Assembly: GCA_026770705.1 (NCBI GenBank)
Contig: JANJGN010000008.1
Coordinates: 24,242,001-24,306,000 of the forward strand
Length of the DNA stretch: 64,000 bases
From: Isurus oxyrinchus
Taxonomy: Eukaryota
Direction: 5' to 3'
Shown here: positions 61,586-64,000 of the stretch, one piece after another
How the letters are laid out: the number at the start of each line of letters is the position of its first letter
Numbering within the stretch: the stretch's first letter is position 1
Made by a program: the position numbers and the translations under genes
Notes under the pieces: generated by a model
Told to the model about the DNA's origin: nothing
Seen by the model: the letters and a program-made list of their open reading frames with translations, nothing else
Databases searched by the model: none

Positions 61586-63250
61586 TTGAAAAAGAAGACA
61601 TTTGGAGAAAACTTTTCATCTTGCACTCATCAGGACAAATCTGCAAGAATACCAAATTTCAAAGTGAACAACAAATTTACACTGCATGAGAAGACGGTGC
61701 TGATTGGTTGGCAATTGTACTCTGATTGGTTGAGGTGTTGCCATGGAGAATGCACCAGGGAATATTTATCCACCAAGATTTTGTTTATATTCAAACCAGG
61801 GAAGTCGACTCTACTTGGTCAATGTGTTGCCATGGGGAATGGAACAGGGAACAGTTGTCCCCAAGCTTTTGTTTATTTGAAAAAGGTACAATGTCTGGAT
61901 GTGTTCTTTTTGTCTGCAGAGGACAGGGCCCTGCATATGAATATATTCAGTTTCTAGCAAGTATAATTGAGTCACCTTGTGAGCCAGACTGATAATCTTG
62001 AATTGGTTGTTAGTGTAATTCTTAGCACACTCAAGATTGTTCAGCAAGTGTTGCTCAATTGCGGAATCACATCTAATGTTGGACATTATGGGCAGAATTT
62101 TCCACTCGGCATGCGGGTGCATGCCTGACACGCTTGAGCGTGAAATAGCGCGCGATGATGTCACGCATGGATGAGGTTTCCGTAATTAAATTTTTAAAAA
62201 TAAAAATCTATGCACAGAATTTTTATAATGTCCATGCACAGGTGACTCATTCTGATGCATGGACATTTTTCTAGATTTTAAACTCTGTCTTTATTGATTT
62301 TAAATTTGTCTGCTCCCTGAGGCAGCTCTCTGCCTTCAGGGAGTATTCCTTCCACTCTCCCCCGCATCCCCGCTGGCTTCAGCGCTCGCCCTCTTCCCGC
62401 CCCCACCCTAGCAGCATTGAGCCTTTCAGTGCACCTTTCACACTGGCCGGCCATTAATTGGCCAGCCAGTGTGAAATCATGTTCGGGGGCTTATCGTGAG
62501 AGCTAGCCCCTCCCCTGGGCCTGCCAATCGCGGCTGCCCGCTGAACCGAAAATCCTACCCTATGTTTTAAGTTTTGCGAGCACGGACTGGTTGAGTACTA
62601 TCAGTATTTTTCCTGTTGCAAACAGCTGAAGGGATATGCCATTTTATATGATCCACCAGTAGTTGGAGCATACGGCCTACATGCCTGTATCACACCAGCA
62701 CTGAAATTTATATCCCACGTTGCACATTTGTGTGGTAGGCAGAATGTCCTTTTGGCAGCATCCTGTTTAGTAGAGAATAAATCTTGTGTTGCTACAGCAT
62801 AGTATGCATAATAGCAATGTGAATCAGTTAGCTTCACCTGTTGCTCGAATTTTAGAGACACCTTACCCTTCCAGGGTAATCTGAGGTAGATTGACCACTT
62901 TTCGGATTCAAAAGTGTGGCCTTAGGCATGATTATACAGTGAGCAATGATCTAATTGGGACAGCATTATCCCACAGGATAACTTTGACATGTCCTATTTT
63001 GGCATCAAGCTTGCATGGTGGGCAAATGCCTCAGGCTCTATTTACAAGGTCGCCGATAAGACCAATCTTATAGCAGATGTAGCTGTAGGAACTCTAATGC
63101 AGATATTGGTCAGTTAAGGTAGGCTTGTGGTAGACTGTAGTAGAGAACCTATGAGCAGATTTCTCAACTAGCATGTTGAGGAAAGGGAGCTTGTTATTTC
63201 AAAGGTCAATTTGAGTGAGGGAGGAAGCCCATTAGGGTCTGAGTTATGGA
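61586..63250 (-). mobile_element. Penelope-like family 2: RT thumb + GIY-YIG + 3' hammerhead, interrupted by a MITE
   Basis: LPFLNMLVEK...TTVYHKPT...KIGLIGDLVNRA..IC, YLRLPWKGKVSLKFEQQVK, SAIEQHLLNNLECAKNY; ctgatgagtgcaagatgaaaag at the 3' end. Confidence 0.85.
62090..62560. mobile_element. Harbinger-type MITE (related subfamily), TSD TAT
   Basis: gggcagaatttt / gaaaatcctaccc; tat on both flanks; the uninterrupted paralogue at ~45797-45830 has a single tat. Confidence 0.92.
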
Positions 63251-63329
63251 AGATGGTCCTGCAGTCAGAATCACGGTGAAGCAGTCTGGGAAGAGTGTTC
63301 TGCAGTCAGTTCTTGTTGAGAACAACAAG

Positions 63330-64000
63330 AATGACATCACAAGACAGTGCGAGAGAGCAGCAGAGAGATCTGAACCAGTGCAAGTGTGGGGAAGCTTCAA
63401 AAAGTGACATCAGCACAAAGGTGAGAGCTGTTTGGTGAGTAGTGGGTAAGTTTTTCCTCTAGATTAAAACAGATTAAGCTAAGGAAAGCTAAAAGTTCTA
63501 GCTTTTTATCTAAAGTACATAAATAATTTAACTTAAAGTAAGGGTTTTTTTTCAACTGGAGGCATGGCAGGCTGCTCAGTCCCATGTCATGTACCACCTG
63601 CAACATGTGGGAAGTCCTAGACGATCCTTACACTCTGACTGACCACGTGTGCAGGAAGTGCCACCAGCTGCAGCTACTTGAGCTCTGAGTTTCAGAGCTT
63701 GAGTGGCAGCTGGAGGCACTGAGGTGCATCCACGAGGCTGAGTTTCGTGGATAGCACGATTTTAGGTTTGGACGCCCCACAGCTTACAGAAACACAGACA
63801 GAGAGGGAATTGGTGACCATCAGTCAGAGGAAATGTGTCAGGGACGTAGTCAGAAAATCCCCAGGGTGCATCCCACTCGAGAGCTGTTTACCTGTGTTGG
63901 AAAACGGGGAGAGTGATGATTCCTCTGGGGAGTGCAGCCACGCTCATGGCACTGTGAGTGGCTTAGCTGCACAGAGTGGGAGAAAAATGAGGGGAAGAGC
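63330..64000 (+). mobile_element. CR1 LINE 5' UTR and ORF1 start (runs off the window)
   Basis: ATG at 63564; C..CNMWE...HVCRKCHQLQLLEL.VSELEWQLEAL, the CR1 ORF1 zinc finger/leucine zipper, with frameshift and stop. Confidence 0.85.

Overview
Eukaryotic, repeat-dominated, apparently intergenic or intronic DNA. The repeat inventory (several CR1-group LINE families, L2 tails, tRNA-SINEs, Penelope-like elements, Harbinger MITEs) suggests a cartilaginous fish (shark); this is inference only. No host protein-coding gene could be identified, and most ORF-track entries are TE fragments or shadows. Highlights: (1) a very young Neptune-type Penelope-like element (36285-40032, 16-bp TSD) whose 1059-bp inverted arm supplies an in-frame ATG to a stop-free RT+GIY-YIG ORF and carries a hammerhead-ribozyme motif with an atypical CUGUCGA core; (2) a 226-bp, TSD-flanked, fold-back mini-copy made almost entirely of that ribozyme end; (3) three copies of a Harbinger-type element carrying a spliced Myb/SANT gene, two of which also carry an unidentified ~725-nt exon-like segment where a transposase would be expected, plus a separate HARBI1-like transposase relic and five related MITEs; (4) a tail-less 141-bp tRNA-Thr-like SINE with a 13-bp TSD; (5) a gag-pro Gypsy relic, a hAT MITE, an RTE fragment and a second PLE family with a different hammerhead. 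All alignments were done by eye, and coordinates of old, decayed repeats are approximate.
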